From the NCBI GenBank assembly GCA_905331295.1, contig CAJNYD010000329.1, positions 1-44,982 of the forward strand: a stretch of DNA of 44,982 bases. The letters run 5' to 3'. Positions 13,055 through 28,180 of this stretch are shown here, piece by piece (the first letter of the stretch is position 1; each line of letters opens with the position of its first letter). Under the pieces are notes generated by a model. The model was not told the origin of the DNA, did not search any database, and saw nothing but the letters and a program-made list of their open reading frames with translations. Origin of the DNA: Rotaria socialis. Its lineage: Eukaryota. The position numbers were made by a program, and so were the translations under genes.

Positions 13055-13477
13055 GTTTGCTTTTACCCGGTGTATGAAATACTATCTATAAAGCATATTA
13101 TTATGTATTCACTTTTTTATTACTCGAGTTCATGTTACAAGTATTATTTGTTGTGTTTTTATGTTTGTCTTCTGTTTTTTCCGCATTCACATTAAAAGCA
13201 ATAACAAAAAGACAAAAACGGTTAAATGCGTACAAAGATTCGTAGATTGAAGAAAAAATAATAATAATAATAAAGGACGGTATCCTGAGAACTTAATAAG
13301 GATTAAGTAGTAGAGTATATCACTCCTTTTTGTAATATTAGGAGATAAGTCATTATGCAATTAGAAATTCTTTGATGCTGTTCAATTATTGAAGAAGAAT
13401 TAGCATAGTTCTTCTTTTCTTTTTTTATCAACACAAGGAATGTCAATGAGAAGACATTTATCAGTTTAAAAAGATAT

Positions 13478-16400
13478 TCAAATGCGAACGACTCTTGCAT
13501 TAATAAATGAATCTCGTAATGATATAAGATTATGCGCTAATAATGAGCCATGCACATTTTCATACCATTGCGTTGATCGGCCACTGAAAATTGTTGGAAA
13601 AAAAACTTGTTTTTGTTTTTCTGCAATTCAAATTAAGAAAGCAAACAAACCCGAAATCTACGCAAGTAATTTGAGTCACTGTCGTATGATTTGGATGCAC
13701 ATTGGATGGCTTTATATAATAATGTTTATGATAATTAATGCCAATACCCCCCGGTAGAAAATGATTTTGCAGATGATCGATTGATAGAGCACCAACAATG
13801 ATTGCATTAGCATCAGGTGCCGAACGTAATGTAACTTTTTTTGAAAAACTATAAAAAAAAGATGATGTTGTAAAAGATGAATCAAGAAGATCTATTACCG
13901 AAATTCACAAAATGAACGAACAGGAATATAATCGAGAAAATTCACTACATATTGCACTATTTCCTTATCGTCATCGATCTTTTCTACTGTTCGACTTTCA
14001 GCAACATGATTATCCCATAGATAACATTCATGTAATACTCTCTGATAAACCTGCTTGACATTTACATTTGGTATATCAACTGAACATTTCCATATTGGTA
14101 AATTGTTTTTATCTATATCTGATGTTGATGTTACGGTTGGTTTATGCATGAATACATCAACATCCTCAACATTTGTTTGAACATTCTTAAATTTTGTCAA
14201 TGACAAGCGCTATGAATAGGCAAAAAGAAATGATTCCTGAAATAAATACAATCTGTTCATATTTTTTGTTTTCTTTTACTTGAAGAAATTCTTCGCTGTT
14301 TTTAGAAATATATTTTCTCAAATGAAATTCGCCATTGCATGTATGAGTGACGAGTTCATCCAGTCGTTTTGTTCTTCTGGGCGACGGTAATTTGAGCTCT
14401 TCAGTAAGCGTACTCGGAATCTATAAGCATATAGAATTTATTTCTTACTAAAAAAATATGTAATATTTTATTGTTCATACTCGGCAAAGTAAATCGACAT
14501 TGAGTATCATGATCATAAGACAATGTTCTAATATTAGTCGTTCATTTTCTTGTTGAATAGTATCGAGTTTCTCTTTTCTCAATTTCCACCAAAGAATTTT
14601 TGATGATTTATTATGCATATCATAAAAAGATTGAAAGACAGACGGAAGAAAAATTCGTGCCAAATTTCGACAAGTAATCTTTATATGAAAACAGAAGCCA
14701 CAATAATTATATAGAAAGATAGACAACTCTTCTTCATATATCCTTACTTGGTTATTTCCCGATCGTATTGAAATATCAAGTAGAAATCGAAGAATTGTTT
14801 CTAGTACTTCACGACTCTCATCCGGTAACATTAAAAAAGTAAGTCGCAAGGCTAATAATTGTTCTTCTTGTGTTATACCTAAAAAATAAATACAAAAAAT
14901 CTTGGTCTGTTTTTTCTCAATTGATAGAGAGAGATTCATTACATTTAAGTAAATCACATAAAAGACTTGTTATTGATGGTGGTATAATACATTCTGGTAG
15001 TTCTCGAAAATATTGTCGTATAACATCAGCAACAACAAATGGTTGATAGTCATCAAATTTAATTGTTTCTACATGCGATTCGCTGTAAGAATCGTTCTTT
15101 AATTCGATTTGTGAACGTAAATGGTCAATTTTAGATTTTACGCCCGGTTTACGAAATAGTCCATCGCATTTACCAGCATTTATACGGAGATATTGTAATG
15201 CATTCACTATCGATATTGGAAGAACATGTCCCGTTGTTTGCTGATAAACACGTAATGGAACACCAAATACACGTTTGCCTTTCCATGTTGTTGATTTTGG
15301 AAGTTTGTTTATTTTTGCAAGAGTTCTAATCAAATAATTACGATCATAGAATAACATAAACAGATTCTCGAACACTTACATTGTTTCATAGTTATATACA
15401 TCGTTTGAATTACAATTTTCTTGTGCCATTTTTCGTAATTTCGATAATGCTTTAAGATAGTAAAAAATGTGCCATAGAAAAAAAAAATCGTTTTTTTTAA
15501 TTTTTTGACTTACCTGTTTCACGTAAACGATCAATATCATTTGATAAAAGTAAATGAATATTTATTTCGTTATTATCAGTACGCATTGTTAATATTTCAA
15601 TTAAACCTTTTTGATCAACTGCTTCTCTAAAAACAAGAATGGAACATGTCCATCGATATCTTATGACTTTAAACTACATTGAAACTAATTGAAAAGAAAA
15701 TTATTTCTCTCAGAACATTGATATTGTTTGGTCAGACGAAAGAAGCCTCCTGATCCAAGTCTTTTGAAGGTCATCTTAAAAAACGACGGCCAGACGAAGA
15801 ATAATAAGAAGAAAAAATTTCTTCAAGTTTAAAATTTTCGAAATTGAATCGATCAAAATAGAATAACAAACGTCAAATGTCTACTTGCCTGTTATATTTC
15901 TTATCAATACTAGAATATCAATGTGTATGCGCGTAGCAGTCAAAAAATATATAGAAGCAAGAGAAAGAAAATTTGCTCTATCATTCTATATCAACTGACG
16001 ACAGATCTCTATGATGTAACTATTCGGCACACATGTCCAATTGACTATAAGACACCATCAGTAATTAAGCGAAAAAAGAGAGAGACAGACATAGCTTATT
16101 ATGCATGTGTGTGTGTGTGTGTGCCAGTCTAACTTTTTATCAGACTGTATCGACTTGTATCGTTGTCTATGGCACATTACCTTCGAATTCATCGTCGTTG
16201 ACTCGCAAAACAGTAATAACAAAAAGAAAAAAAAGATTATGATAATTGGTATGCAAATAGAAATGTATGCTATGCAGCATTTTTAATCATAACGTACTAT
16301 AAATGTACAATTCATCATATGCTACTTGTTTCTCGTTGTATCATCATTGAATATAATGTAAAGAAGAAAATAGAGCCTATTAGAGAATTTCCGAGTACTA

Positions 16401-18420
16401 TTCCTTCTTACTTCGTTATATATATTGTCCCATAATGAATAAGTTCTTTTCTTATACGACTCACAGAAGAGAATATCTTGGAGAAAATCAATTAAAAAAG
16501 AGATAAACTACCAAAACATACTCAACTGTATACTTAACAAAAAAGCAATATAATAGGCACTCAATGATATTGAACAAGAAATTAATTTAGCTCTCTCTTT
16601 CTATAGCACTAATGTCATTAAAGATCATATCAATCGTATATTGGGCGTATAGACGATCAGTGAAGTATTTCAGACAAATGCGAAGCAAATAGAAAAAGAA
16701 GGTGCGAAGAAAAAAAATTGTACAGTGATTTATAGAAGTAACAGCCCTCATCTGAAGTACTATTCTCCTCTGTTACTTAGTGTATTTGGCTGCAGGTGAT
16801 TCATGCTTACATTTACCTCTTGATACTACAACACTCATCGATTGAGTTGTTGATGGCAACTTGTGTACGAAATAGGTGATAGCTTCCAGCATATAAGAAA
16901 TGTTGTACCGTTTTTTTTCTTTTATTTATTATAAATGCGAGACAAATATTGATTCAAAGGCGCCGCACAGACCTTGCTTAAACAAAACCGTTTTGTTCAT
17001 GTTTCTTATTGCTTTTCATTCTCGGTTTTCTTTCTGGACATAGAATGAGTAATCTACAATATTGGATGCGAATACATCCTTTCACTTTACTCTCACCGAA
17101 CTAAACAATAATTCTCAATGTAAATGATGTACAACATAGCTAGTTTCGTCTTGCGCATATATTGGACAATAATTACATCTCAATCGCTCAACAGAGATAC
17201 ACCGAACAATATTTATGTTTGTTAGAGATAAGAAGAAACGATAGATTGACAACAAGAAAACGACTTACTGATCATTGATTTTTAGGTTAACATCAACGAT
17301 AGAATCATCAGTTGGATTGATGATTGCTTGTTGAATAATATTTTCATCCAATACTGAATGATTAGTTGATGGCTGCTGTAAATCCTCACCTTCCATTTCA
17401 AGACGTGATAAAATAAGATCAATATCATTATTAAATCGTATTAATTCACGTAAAACATTATCTTCATCGGCATATAAATCTACTCTTGAGCTATCCATAG
17501 ATTTTGTATCATATAAATGACGAAATTTTCTTCGCGGTATTCTTTTAAAACTATCAGTCGATTGAATACGATAAATAAATGGACGTGACGTACCACCTGA
17601 TCGTCCTAATAAGGAATTAATTGATGATGATAGGGAGTGTGACGGTTGAGTCTTAGTTTTATTAACAATATCATTGTAATATTCATCGAGAATTTGAGCT
17701 TTATTCAAAAGTTTTTGTAGTAAACTTTGAGTAGAATATTTAGAAAGATCTGTTGTTGTTAATGATAAATTATTGGAAACAAAACGTTTTGATGTTTTAC
17801 TTGAATTAATATATTTTTCTTCACTATTTTCTTCATTATTTGTTGATATTATTTCAATATCAGTAAATGAATATGAGTCAATAGGATTATTTAAATTATG
17901 ATAAACATCATATTGACTAATGTATGGTATCGATTGAGAGTTATGTATAGGATGACGAGGATACTTTAGAGATAATGAATCGTGAAGTTCAACTGCTGCC
18001 GACTGGAGCATGTTTGAATCTTGTTCATCATTATCATTAGTTGATCTTTCGGTTTCAATTACAAGTTGATTATTGGAAATTGTTGAATCGTATGAAGTTG
18101 TTTCTTGTTGTTTACGAACCGGCGGTTTTCGTTTGTGAGCTTTTAATAAAACAGATAAAATATTCGATACACTTTCTCGCTAAATTCAAAACAAAAAATA
18201 AAACTGCATTCAAACCTTTAAAAATTTGTATTCGTTGGAGAAAACCTTTTTGTTTATTTAAATTCGCATTGTCTACTGTTCTAAGTAATAATTGAGCATT
18301 GAAATATTTTCGAGAAGAAGAACGACAACAAGATAATAACGAAGATTTCTTTTTGTAATTATCATGAATTATTATTGATGATGACGAACATATAGAATCT
18401 TTATCTATTGAATTTGACAT
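13478..18420 (-). CDS. DLC/STARD13/STARD8 (crossveinless-c)-family RhoGAP with C-terminal START domain, multi-exon
   Basis: VFGVPL, GLFRKPG arginine finger, RNLARIFLPSVF; START segment RVLHECYLWD and terminal GRSTQWYENVHGSLLAHNLISLRDSF. Exons 18420-18216 and 18139-17269 splice in phase (phase 2) to the exon starting at 15626. Stop TGA 13478-13480. Confidence 0.85.
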
Positions 18421-20704
18421 CGTAGTAAAATTAAATCGATTTAATTGATTAGATATAATTATATATATATTTGTTATTCAAAGTAATCTAAGTTACATCC
18501 TATGCCAAAAACATCTAAAAAGACAGATGATAAAAAATAGCAAGAATAAATGTTAAGAATCATTAGCAAAGATTTAGGAACGTACCAACCATTGGTCTGT
18601 AAATATATAAACATGAAGTGTTATTTAGAAAAACGATAATAAATAAGAACATCAAGAATATCACATCATTTTTGGTTTTATTAGTTGTCAATCGATCGAT
18701 TTGTTGCTGTTTATCGTTTGATGTTTAGTAGAGAGAGAGACAAGCAGGCAAGCAAAGCGAGCGAGCGCGAGAGAGAGAGAGAGAGAAAGGGCATAAGAGA
18801 AAAAGAACGGGGTTCTCTTGCTCTCAAAAATATGCTATAAAAATAGTGACTATAATAGACCTGTTGTGTTTTACATAGTATTATAGTTAATAAAACATAT
18901 GAAGAAAAAACCAATGTGTGTATTTTTACACTTTTATTTTATTCTTAAAATCAGTCATGATCGGCTACTTCTATCTTTTTACCATATGGAAATATGAGTC
19001 ATCATATAGACTCAAGAATACCATGAGATGTGGATGACGAAGAAAAACCTATACGCACACGTATGTAGGCGACATGAACCACTAATTAAAAGTTAATATG
19101 CTGACTATTACCTAGTTGAAGAAGTTATTCTTTTGAACTTCTACGATTTCCAGACGAAGGAAAAAATTCTTATTATATGAGTAAACATTAAGAGACATTG
19201 TAAGATTTCATTGTCGGGCCCACACAAATACAATCACTTCTCTTCATAACGAACGTGTCATATGTCTACACGTATCTTTATCAAACACCAACGAGTACAA
19301 TCATATTCGTATGTGCATATAGTTTGTATCGAGTAACAAGAGTCATTGTCATCGTTCTCAGTCTATGCAAGTCTCTTATTACCATACCTATCGACATAGT
19401 TATTCATCTAGTCTTATATGAGTATATGCATTGAAAATGACTGACTCGAAAATGTCACAGCTGCCACATATATTTACGCCCTACTTAATTTGACTAACGA
19501 AAATATCAATAAATGCTTTTTGTTTTATTTCAAGAAAACGAATTATATTATTTCTCTTATTAGTTTCTTCAAGATTATTGTCAGTAATAAAAAAAACAAT
19601 CATAGATATTCATTCATTTAGAAATATCGATATATATATATATATATGATTACTCTATGCCAAACATAGTAACTTAAAAAGAAAATCACAGCACGACTGT
19701 AATCAAATCACTTAGTTTTGATAAGAATAATGTTCGTTAATCTCATCTATGTTTATCATCATAATAATTGTCTATTAGAACTAGACAAACTTCTTAATAG
19801 TATTAGAGAAATGTTATTTATCAGACAGTAATACGATCATTTCTATTCGTATCAAGATTCAAAAAGAAATGAATGCGCCTACAGTCTTTAAACATGAACA
19901 TTGCACAATCAATGATATCTACTCTACTCATCATCAAAGACAAGTGAGCCAATGAAGAATAAGTTTCTTCAAGCTTAATACGTATTCAATAGACTTTTGT
20001 TGTTATATGCTAATAATTGTGTTCACATATAATCCACTGAAGTAATACGAATATCTTAAATAAACATATAGTTTTATGCAATGTTTCTTTTTCTTTCTAT
20101 GGAATTAGTAGTTCACTATATGTAAAAAAACGTAGGCCTATCAGATGAAAAAGAAATACATCGAGAAAGAGAAAAGACGATTAAACTCAGGCTTTTTTCT
20201 TTCTGTTTCTATTATTTTGCAATAAAAATCCTTGTTTATTCATGAGACAAGAAATACAAGAACATTGAAACGCTATTATTTTTGTTTCACTTACCATCAT
20301 TCTTAGAAAATTATGCAGCAATATAAAATGAAAGGCTATTAAAATAAAAATTTGTTCTCCTCTTTACATCGATATCAAACAAAAAGAACAGAGATACAAA
20401 ATTTTGTTTGTTAAAGTTAATATTTATTCGTTGAAAAAAAAGAAGGAGAAAATAATAATGACGAGACAATAATGAGGCATCGAAATTTGTTCTTTGATTA
20501 TTGATCGATGAGCGCTGATGTTGACAAAAGACAGAATGACAGCCGTATAGGGACGATTCATCATATATACGCAAGAGAACGAAGACGTCGATAGCATAAA
20601 GTGTCATGATATACAGCGCCACAGACGTGTATATAGATATACGATGGCATACTTTTGCCATCTCAAGCGATATAGTTCGAAATGGCATTGATATTTTTGT
20701 TGCA

Positions 20705-20730
20705 TATATATATATATATATATATATATA
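20705..20730. repeat. (TA)n microsatellite
   Basis: tatatata... run. Confidence 0.9.
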
Positions 20731-21267
20731 CAAAACGGAAACTAACGGAATGATCTGTACTCTGGATTTTTTCACCTAACATGTCAATTCAAATAGCTTC
20801 CGTAGATGCTTAAACAAACAAGAAAAACAACGAATGATGTTAAAGTATTGCTACAAAGAACCGGAAAATGTATGTCTGAGATTATTTTTCTTGTCAATCT
20901 ATTTGATATTGTTCATCAAAGTATAATTAAAAAGAGAAGTGAAAAAAATACAACAGATTTTTCATAGTAGTTCATCCAATAAAAATAGAACTTGTATTTT
21001 TCGTCTATTTATGTTGATTAGACAGTTCATTCTATTGAAGTTAAGTGGAAATGACAATGACCTTGTTGAAGTCAAGTATTGATTGACCACTCGAAAATAT
21101 GTATGCAAAGATTAAAAAGAACGCATGTAACTTTAGTTTTTTTTTCGGTTTCTTTTTATTTTTTATTCTTTCTTAAGATAATAACAAGACAAAGCAAAAT
21201 TAATTCAGTTGTTGTTATTGTTTAATTTTGTTTGTTAATCGAATTTTTTCAACATCTCGAAGAATTT

Positions 21268-21836
21268 TTAAAAGAAAAAGCCGAGAACTTTGCCTCCGGT
21301 ATGTTTTCGTCGAGCTTCTTCATGATCTAATATGCCATGTGATGTTGTCAATACAACATATCTATCAACAATAAGATGAAAAACAGCAACTAAGTGATAA
21401 CAAAAATATAATGACTCTACCCGAATTGACGTGATGGTAAAAGATTCTTTGTCCAAGTTTCAATATCACGAATAGGACAATCAAAACGAGGACTAATGAC
21501 ACCACACTATAAAGAGATAGAGAATAGAAGATGAAAGAAATTTCTATTGTTATTCATACTTTATTTAAACGACCGTTTAAATTGACAACTATTTTTCCAC
21601 TACGATGATCATCAATCATTTCAAATTCGCCAATATAACCTTTTTGAAAATAGAAAATATTCTATAGTATTATCTTTTTTTTGTTTTGTTCCGTTAAACT
21701 TACCATGTTTCATCATGACAGTAAGAAATTTAACGATCACTTTTGAACATGGTCGAAGGATAACTTGACGTTTATGACGTTTTTCAGCGTTATTTATTGA
21801 TTTAAGAGCGTCAGCAAGGACATTCATATGAACCAT
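21268..21836 (-). CDS. RPS15A: 40S ribosomal protein S15a (uS8), 4 coding exons
   Basis: [80 protein letters not shown]...[38 protein letters not shown]. Confidence 0.97.
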
Positions 21837-21985
21837 GTTGAGTGTTTACTTTGTGTATGTATGGTAAATACACGTAAATCTGAAAAACATGAAGTACTAG
21901 TAATAAAAAAAACAACAGATTCAATTAACAAAAAAAAACATGTTCGTTTTTCTCCTTTCCCTAAAGACGCTAAACAAAAAGAAAA

Positions 21986-22810
21986 TTATCCACTAGCAGC
22001 AGCAGCAGTTTGTTGAGTTTTTCGTGATTGTTGACGAAGTGCGTCACTAAGTAAGTCTGGTATTCGAGCTTCATTCTCAATATAGGCCTAAAACAAAAGA
22101 GAGCAATATTGAAATAAAATCACACAGTCTTAATGTGTCTCTTAAATACTTGAATAAGATCATGAGAATTTGTATCACTAAAGTTATATGTGGCTACTTT
22201 GGAATTTGGATGAATAATTGCATAGAGTTGAAGAACTGCAACAGCATCGTTCATTCTAAAATAAAATTGATTCAATAAATATTTTATGAATCAGATTGAT
22301 AGTAAACATTGGAAATCAATTCGTTCATTCAATGAATAATAAGTGATTGTAAATATTTGTTACAAAAATTGTCATCGTGTAGCGATTAACAGATATACTT
22401 AGAACAAATGAATAATATGAGAGTCATATCAGATGTTTCGTACATAAATTAGACACTCAAAATGACTAAGGAAATCTAGGCATTCAGTGAAATCTTTTTT
22501 TTTTGTTGAGTTTTCAATAAGACTTCCTTAAGTACATAGTCTGAAACCAAAAGCGATTTTTAAATTAGCGAGATTCCCCTGTGAATTTTATTTTCTCATG
22601 CATCAAATATACAAGAGACAACTATTGAGTGCCACTTGGGGAAAAAATTAATATCTTTACTATGATAACGAGAGTCTGGATAAAAAAAGAGACATCTAAG
22701 ATATCTAAAAAAAATACATCAATACTCTATGACAGCCCTTTTTGACGATATCACATCATTAACTTAAGGCGATTGCTTTCCTCTTCAGACTATGTAAGAT
22801 TCGCACGTAG

Positions 22811-22844
<34 letters not shown>

Positions 22845-23997
22845 TCTTAACAATAAATTCTCTAATTGATACATCACGATAATAATAATTTTACAACTTA
22901 CAAATTTCTTCTAATCATATCGTTCATTAGTCGATCGACTTTTTTATACCATGCATAATAAAAAGTCATTGGGCCAAAATGTCTTGTTGATCGAAGTACA
23001 TCATAAGAATTTGTTTGATCAATATGTTCATACGTTCTTTGAGTCACCTAGCGGAAGAAGGAAAAAACAACGAATTTTTTTGTTCTAAAACGTCATAAGC
23101 AATAAACTTACCCGCTTATAATCTCGATCATCCGGTTCAAATTGAACACATGCTCGGTCAAGTAAAAATTCATAATCACCTCGTTCTAATATTTTCTATA
23201 TGGAATTAAAAGAATTATAAGAAAATGCATAGGGAATTGTTTTTAGATTACTTCTAAATGTTCGTCTTCAAACATTTTCGGCATGACTAATTCTCTTCCA
23301 GCAATTGGAAAATAGATTTGTCTCATTCGTCGTTTTTCATCTAATGTTGCTGTTCGTACTGTACCATCAACATCTCGAGCGACAATAAGCCGATTCTATT
23401 TTCAATTGAAATTCATTTTTGGTTTTGTTTCTTTATTTATGTATTAAGTGATTAAACTTACTCGTATTGGTATTCCAAGTGATATATCAATAAATAAATG
23501 TTTACTTGATGAAAAACCACTCAACATGTCGTCTTTTTCAAGAACTTCTATGTTTTCGTCGGCCTCAGATAAAACCGGTGGCATTTGCAGTTTTGCTCGA
23601 CCACGTTCTATTGTTTTTTCTTGTTCCTAATATGAAATATAAATTAGAAGAAAAAAAATCATCAAGCATAAATAATGATAGAAATATCTATATACATACG
23701 TACTTCTTTGAGTTGTTTATCAGTTAAATATTTATAGGCGATACGGTCGAGATTTTTATTATTACGTAATTTAAATATTCGCGATAAATCAAAGCCAGTT
23801 ATATTTGTTAGTAAATCTTGAACATCTTTACGAATAAATACAGTACCCTGATCGATTTCAGATTTACCTAAAATGAACTCATAAAAGAAATGATAAAATT
23901 AAAAATTTTCATTCATACTTTTATTCGTACTATTATATTGAATTCGATTGGCTAAACATCGAATACATGTGTTTGGACGAATTAATGAACGAAACAT
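21986..23997 (-). CDS. MRPS22: Mitochondrial ribosomal protein S22 (mS22), multi-exon
   Basis: Not in the ORF track because exons are short. Arg-rich presequence MFRSLIRPNTCIRCLANR; DVQDLLTNITGFDL, AKLQMPPVLSE, LFIDISLGIPIR/NRLIVARDVDGTVRTA, QIYFPIAGR. Stop TAA 21986-21988. Confidence 0.88.
22535..22794. mobile_element. Tc1/mariner-type MITE in an MRPS22 intron
   Basis: TA-CATAGTCTGAA ... TTCAGACTATG-TA; TA duplication at 22533-22534 and 22795-22796. Confidence 0.7.
22811..22839. repeat. (AAT)n microsatellite
   Basis: aataataat... run. Confidence 0.9.
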
Positions 23998-24187
23998 TGG
24001 ATTATCGTAAATAATACATAATTATTGAAAAAAATTTAATTTAATCTAAAAAACCAAATTAAGAGATTACGATTCCAATACTGCACTATTACAAACTAAC
24101 AACAAAATATTAAATGACTGCGAACTACAAAACAACAATAGAGTAATAAAATTTAGGGTTTTTTTTGTTTTGTTTTTCTAATGACTA

Positions 24188-26810
24188 CTATTCGATTTTT
24201 TCGTGTTGCTCATCGGTCATATCTGACATTGATTGACTAATAGACTTTTGACTAGTTTCTAAAATTGCATGGCCAACAGATGTAACATTCGAATCTGTTT
24301 CACCTGTTGTACCAAATTCGTTTACACGTGTACGATCAACTGGATACATATAACGTTGATAAAGATATATAAAAAATATAATATCTAGAAACAATAAAAG
24401 ATGTTTCGAAGAAAATTGAAATAATTTTTTATTTTACCATCACGAAAACATCCAATTCGATACATTGTTGGCATTTTAATAACAAAAGCAAATAAATCAT
24501 CAATAAATGTATTCAATGCCTTATATGTCATCATACGCCAAGGTAAATGTGATACTGATTTAAGTTTATAATTAATAAACAATTGTGGGGTCATCATGAT
24601 AAAACCTGTAATAGAAAAAAATTTATGTTTTAAAATTCTTCTTTGATCTATTTAATCTTTACCAAATGTTAATAAAACCCCATAAACTGTGCTTAAACAG
24701 AATGAATACCAACTTTTTTGTTCATGATACATTAATAGATAACATGCATAACCAGCCACTAATGGATATAAAAGCCATGATAAATATTTAAAAGCCATCT
24801 AAATTTTAAAAAAAGAAGTTTTTGTCTTTTTATATTTTTTTTTTGTACGAACTCGATCATATTCTGATGTTGATGTATCTTTATATGATTGTTTAAAAAC
24901 ATATTTATATTTTGGTATTAAACCAAACCATTTTTCATTTGGCAAATTCTTAAATAAATGATATTAATCAAAAGAATACAAATTCACAGATAATATACTT
25001 GAAAATTAACGATTTTTGGTACTTTCCATAGTTCAATAATTATACCAACAAAAACACTAATACGAACCATAGTATTTGTTTCATTATCAAATACATATAG
25101 TAATACGATAAAACTTTGAAATATACCTAAAAACACACTTCGAACAGATAAACCTTCAAGAGATTTTCTTGTACGCCAAAATTGAATATCTAGAATGTTG
25201 AGAAAATCGAAATGGATCCTGTTTAGGTTTTGTTTTTTTGTTCAAATCTTACCATTTTTAAATGCTAATATTTCAAAAACGGTATGTACAAGTGAAACAG
25301 TTATTGTCATTGCAAGTAAATATGGATTTGTTTCAATGAGTGTACGCTAAAAGGAAATTTTTTTTTTAACAAAATGAATATTTATGTTTCTTTTTTTTTG
25401 ATCTTATTTGCATACTTTCATGGTATCTTGATCTTCATCATTTGGTTCATCACCAAGTAAATTTCCATACCATGATTGACGTAAATTTTGTGACACATAC
25501 ATTTGCCATTTCCATAATTGTATTGGTGCAACAGTTATCGTCAAGTTTAATTTACTAGAAATAAAACAAAACAAGTAACAAAATATTTAAAAAAAAAAGA
25601 AGATGATATACTCGATCGTATCATTTAATGGATAATAATCGGAAAGAAGATTCCAATAATCATTTAAATAAAGTACGGGATAGTATTTTCCAGTATAAGC
25701 ATCAAAATCAACATCTAAATAATTTTATAAATCTTAATTTAAAAAAAAATGAAACTTTCTATTGATTTACATTTATCTAATGGTGGTGGTATACTGCCTT
25801 TCATCCATGATGATTGATCTTCGAGTAAATTAATCGTCATATTAGAGTGCCAATGCGATAAAATTTCAACAATATTATCGTCAGCTTTCTAAATACAAAA
25901 TCTCTTCTGTAAAAAAAATAACATACGAACCATTTGAAATTTCATATTCACCTTTTGATATTCTTCATCTTTTTCCGTACTACCCGTTAAAAGATTTTTT
26001 GTTTTTCGATAAACTTTCTTTTTATATTTATTTAAGCGTTTACTTTTCCAAAACGTATATTGTGGTGAATCAGGTTCACGTTCGCTAGGATCAATAGAAT
26101 ATCGATGTTTACTTACAACAACATGTAAATAAAGTGACCCATTATTTTTTATATTCTAAAAAAATAAATAAAACTTCTAAATAACAAAATAGAATCTTCA
26201 CGCATGAGAATGCATACCTCTGAAATAGGAAATTCAACAAATTTAGTACGTGTTCCATGTGATGACCAATCTCCATATTTGAAATCACTCAATGTCCATA
26301 GAGGTTTTCTCATGGGATCATATCTGTAAAGTTTTTCTTCGCTAATAAATATGTACATGTCCTTAAAAAGAAAAGTAACTTTGTGACGTTGACATCGTGA
26401 ATAAAAATATTCTTACGAGTAAATCACCAGTTGTATAAAGACTTCCAGGAATGTAAGTAGTCGTCAACAACGATGAATCAATGGGTACTGTTCTAGTTTC
26501 AGTTGGATTAACATTTGCAGGTCGACGAAAAAATTGTGTAACAAGATAAATCATCAAAACACGAAATGCAAAAGATTTAACGATGCTCCATGGTGAATAA
26601 CTTTGTCGAATAGGTGGAACAATTGTATTTGGTGTTAATCTTTGTTGTATATCATTCGCTTGAGTTACTGACGAAATTAGACCTTCTTGGTGTTGTGAAC
26701 TCTAGAGAAACAAATTAAATTAGCTAATAGAATAGCTCATGAAAAAAAAACGTAGATAAACATACGGAATTCCCATCAATCGTCGATTGATCTTCATTTA
26801 TACTCGACAT
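24188..26810 (-). CDS. CLPTM1: Cleft lip and palate transmembrane protein 1 homolog, multi-exon
   Basis: ETNPYLLAMTITVSLVHTVFEILAFKNDIQFW, MMTPQLFINYKLKSVSHLPWRMMTYKALNTFIDDLFAFVIKMPTMYRIGCFRD, YLYQRYMYPVDRTRVNEFG. ATG at 26810. Confidence 0.93.
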
Positions 26811-28135
26811 AATTAATTACTTAATGTTTGCATATTATTTTTTCTCTTGAGCACATTAGACATATGGCAGCCATTCTATGATACGATTCGATATAGTCGG
26901 TTTTTCGACCTCCAAATATCACTATATTTTTATTTTCTATTTTCTATTTTAAACTTATTTGTCCAAGTCAAAAATTAGTTTTGTATTATTTCAAAACTTT
27001 CTTTTTATAGAACACAATCTGCTATTGATAGTAGCGCTGTTTGTATTCATTGGTTTTTCACATAATAGCTGTACGTTCACAGATTGTGCTGAAGAACAAA
27101 AAGATTTGAAAAGTAATCATATAGAAATTTTTGCTTATAACTACAATACGTCATTCAAAACTTAGCATTGTATTATGGGAGTGTCTGTCCTTTTGATTAA
27201 GTTTGAAGAAGGAATTATTGTCTTTGTCTTGCATCGATAATATCTTAATGACACTTGTTAGTCTTGAGCCCAATGTTTTTAATGAAAGAGTGTACCCCAC
27301 AGAACAAAATCTGTGGTTGCATAATTCTCGGAAAACGTTGTTGTATCTTTTTTCAGCTGAGTACGCTCGAATGCCTTTAACTTTAGTTAGAAGATGCAAA
27401 ACCTATGAAAAAAATCAACGAGTTCTTTTTTGAATAATCACAAATGAAACAAGTTTTACAGGATGTTTTGCTTTTTGAATGATTGAATCATATTTAAATG
27501 ATTATTTGATAGAAAATCTCTTCTATTTTTATGATTTACCGAAGATTGAGAAGTAGACGTATTCTGATGGAATTAGCACTGATGTGTTTATATTTAAATT
27601 TCAAACATACTTTTTCTCTTACAAGACTAACGTTGATTTAAAGTTTTCCAAATTTAATAATGCCAGTTCTTAATTGATTTTAACGTTTACATCCATCTGA
27701 TTTCACAATAGAAAATAGTTCGATAGTGTGAAAAATTCATTTTATCGTGTTAGTAACGAAAGCTGCCTAATTGTAAGTGTCGTCTTCTCAAACCTTATTA
27801 TCATTTCAACTCTTGAGTATGATGTTTCTTTCAGTTACACTTTTTTTCATGACTTAGACAGTCTATGTCACGATCAATTGATGTGTTCTAGTCTTTTTCG
27901 CTAAAAAGAATATTCAAATATTTTCGATATTTGTACATATGATTATTTATGATTGATCTGCTAAGGTTTTGCTCTGAAAACGATTTCCATCATTTTATGT
28001 GAATGCATATAGAAATATTTCTTTAAAGATGAAACTGAAAATAGCAATTTCGGATTTTTATTTAATTAATTAAAAACATAAAGTTTATCTGCATAAACGA
28101 AAACACAAACATTTCATGAATTTAAAATAAAAGGT

Positions 28136-28151
28136 AGCCCTGAAGAGGGCT
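28136..28151 (-). promoter_or_regulatory. Histone 3' stem-loop (H2A)
   Basis: AAAACCCAAC-AGCCCT-CTTC-AGGGCT-ACC on the minus strand. Confidence 0.92.
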
Positions 28152-28180
28152 GTTGGGTTTTCAAGTTTACATCTTATAAT

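Noticed and set aside
16811..16892. ATG-initiated mini-exon with GTAAGC donor as an alternative first exon of the DLC gene
   Set aside because: Ends in phase 1 while the next clear exon (15626) needs phase 2; unsupported without transcripts.
20311..20775. 154-aa minus-strand ORF
   Set aside because: Runs through a (TA)n microsatellite and T-rich tracts; non-ATG start; no domain.
26959..27433. Overlapping short ORFs between CLPTM1 and H2A
   Set aside because: No coherent spliced frame or motif could be built.
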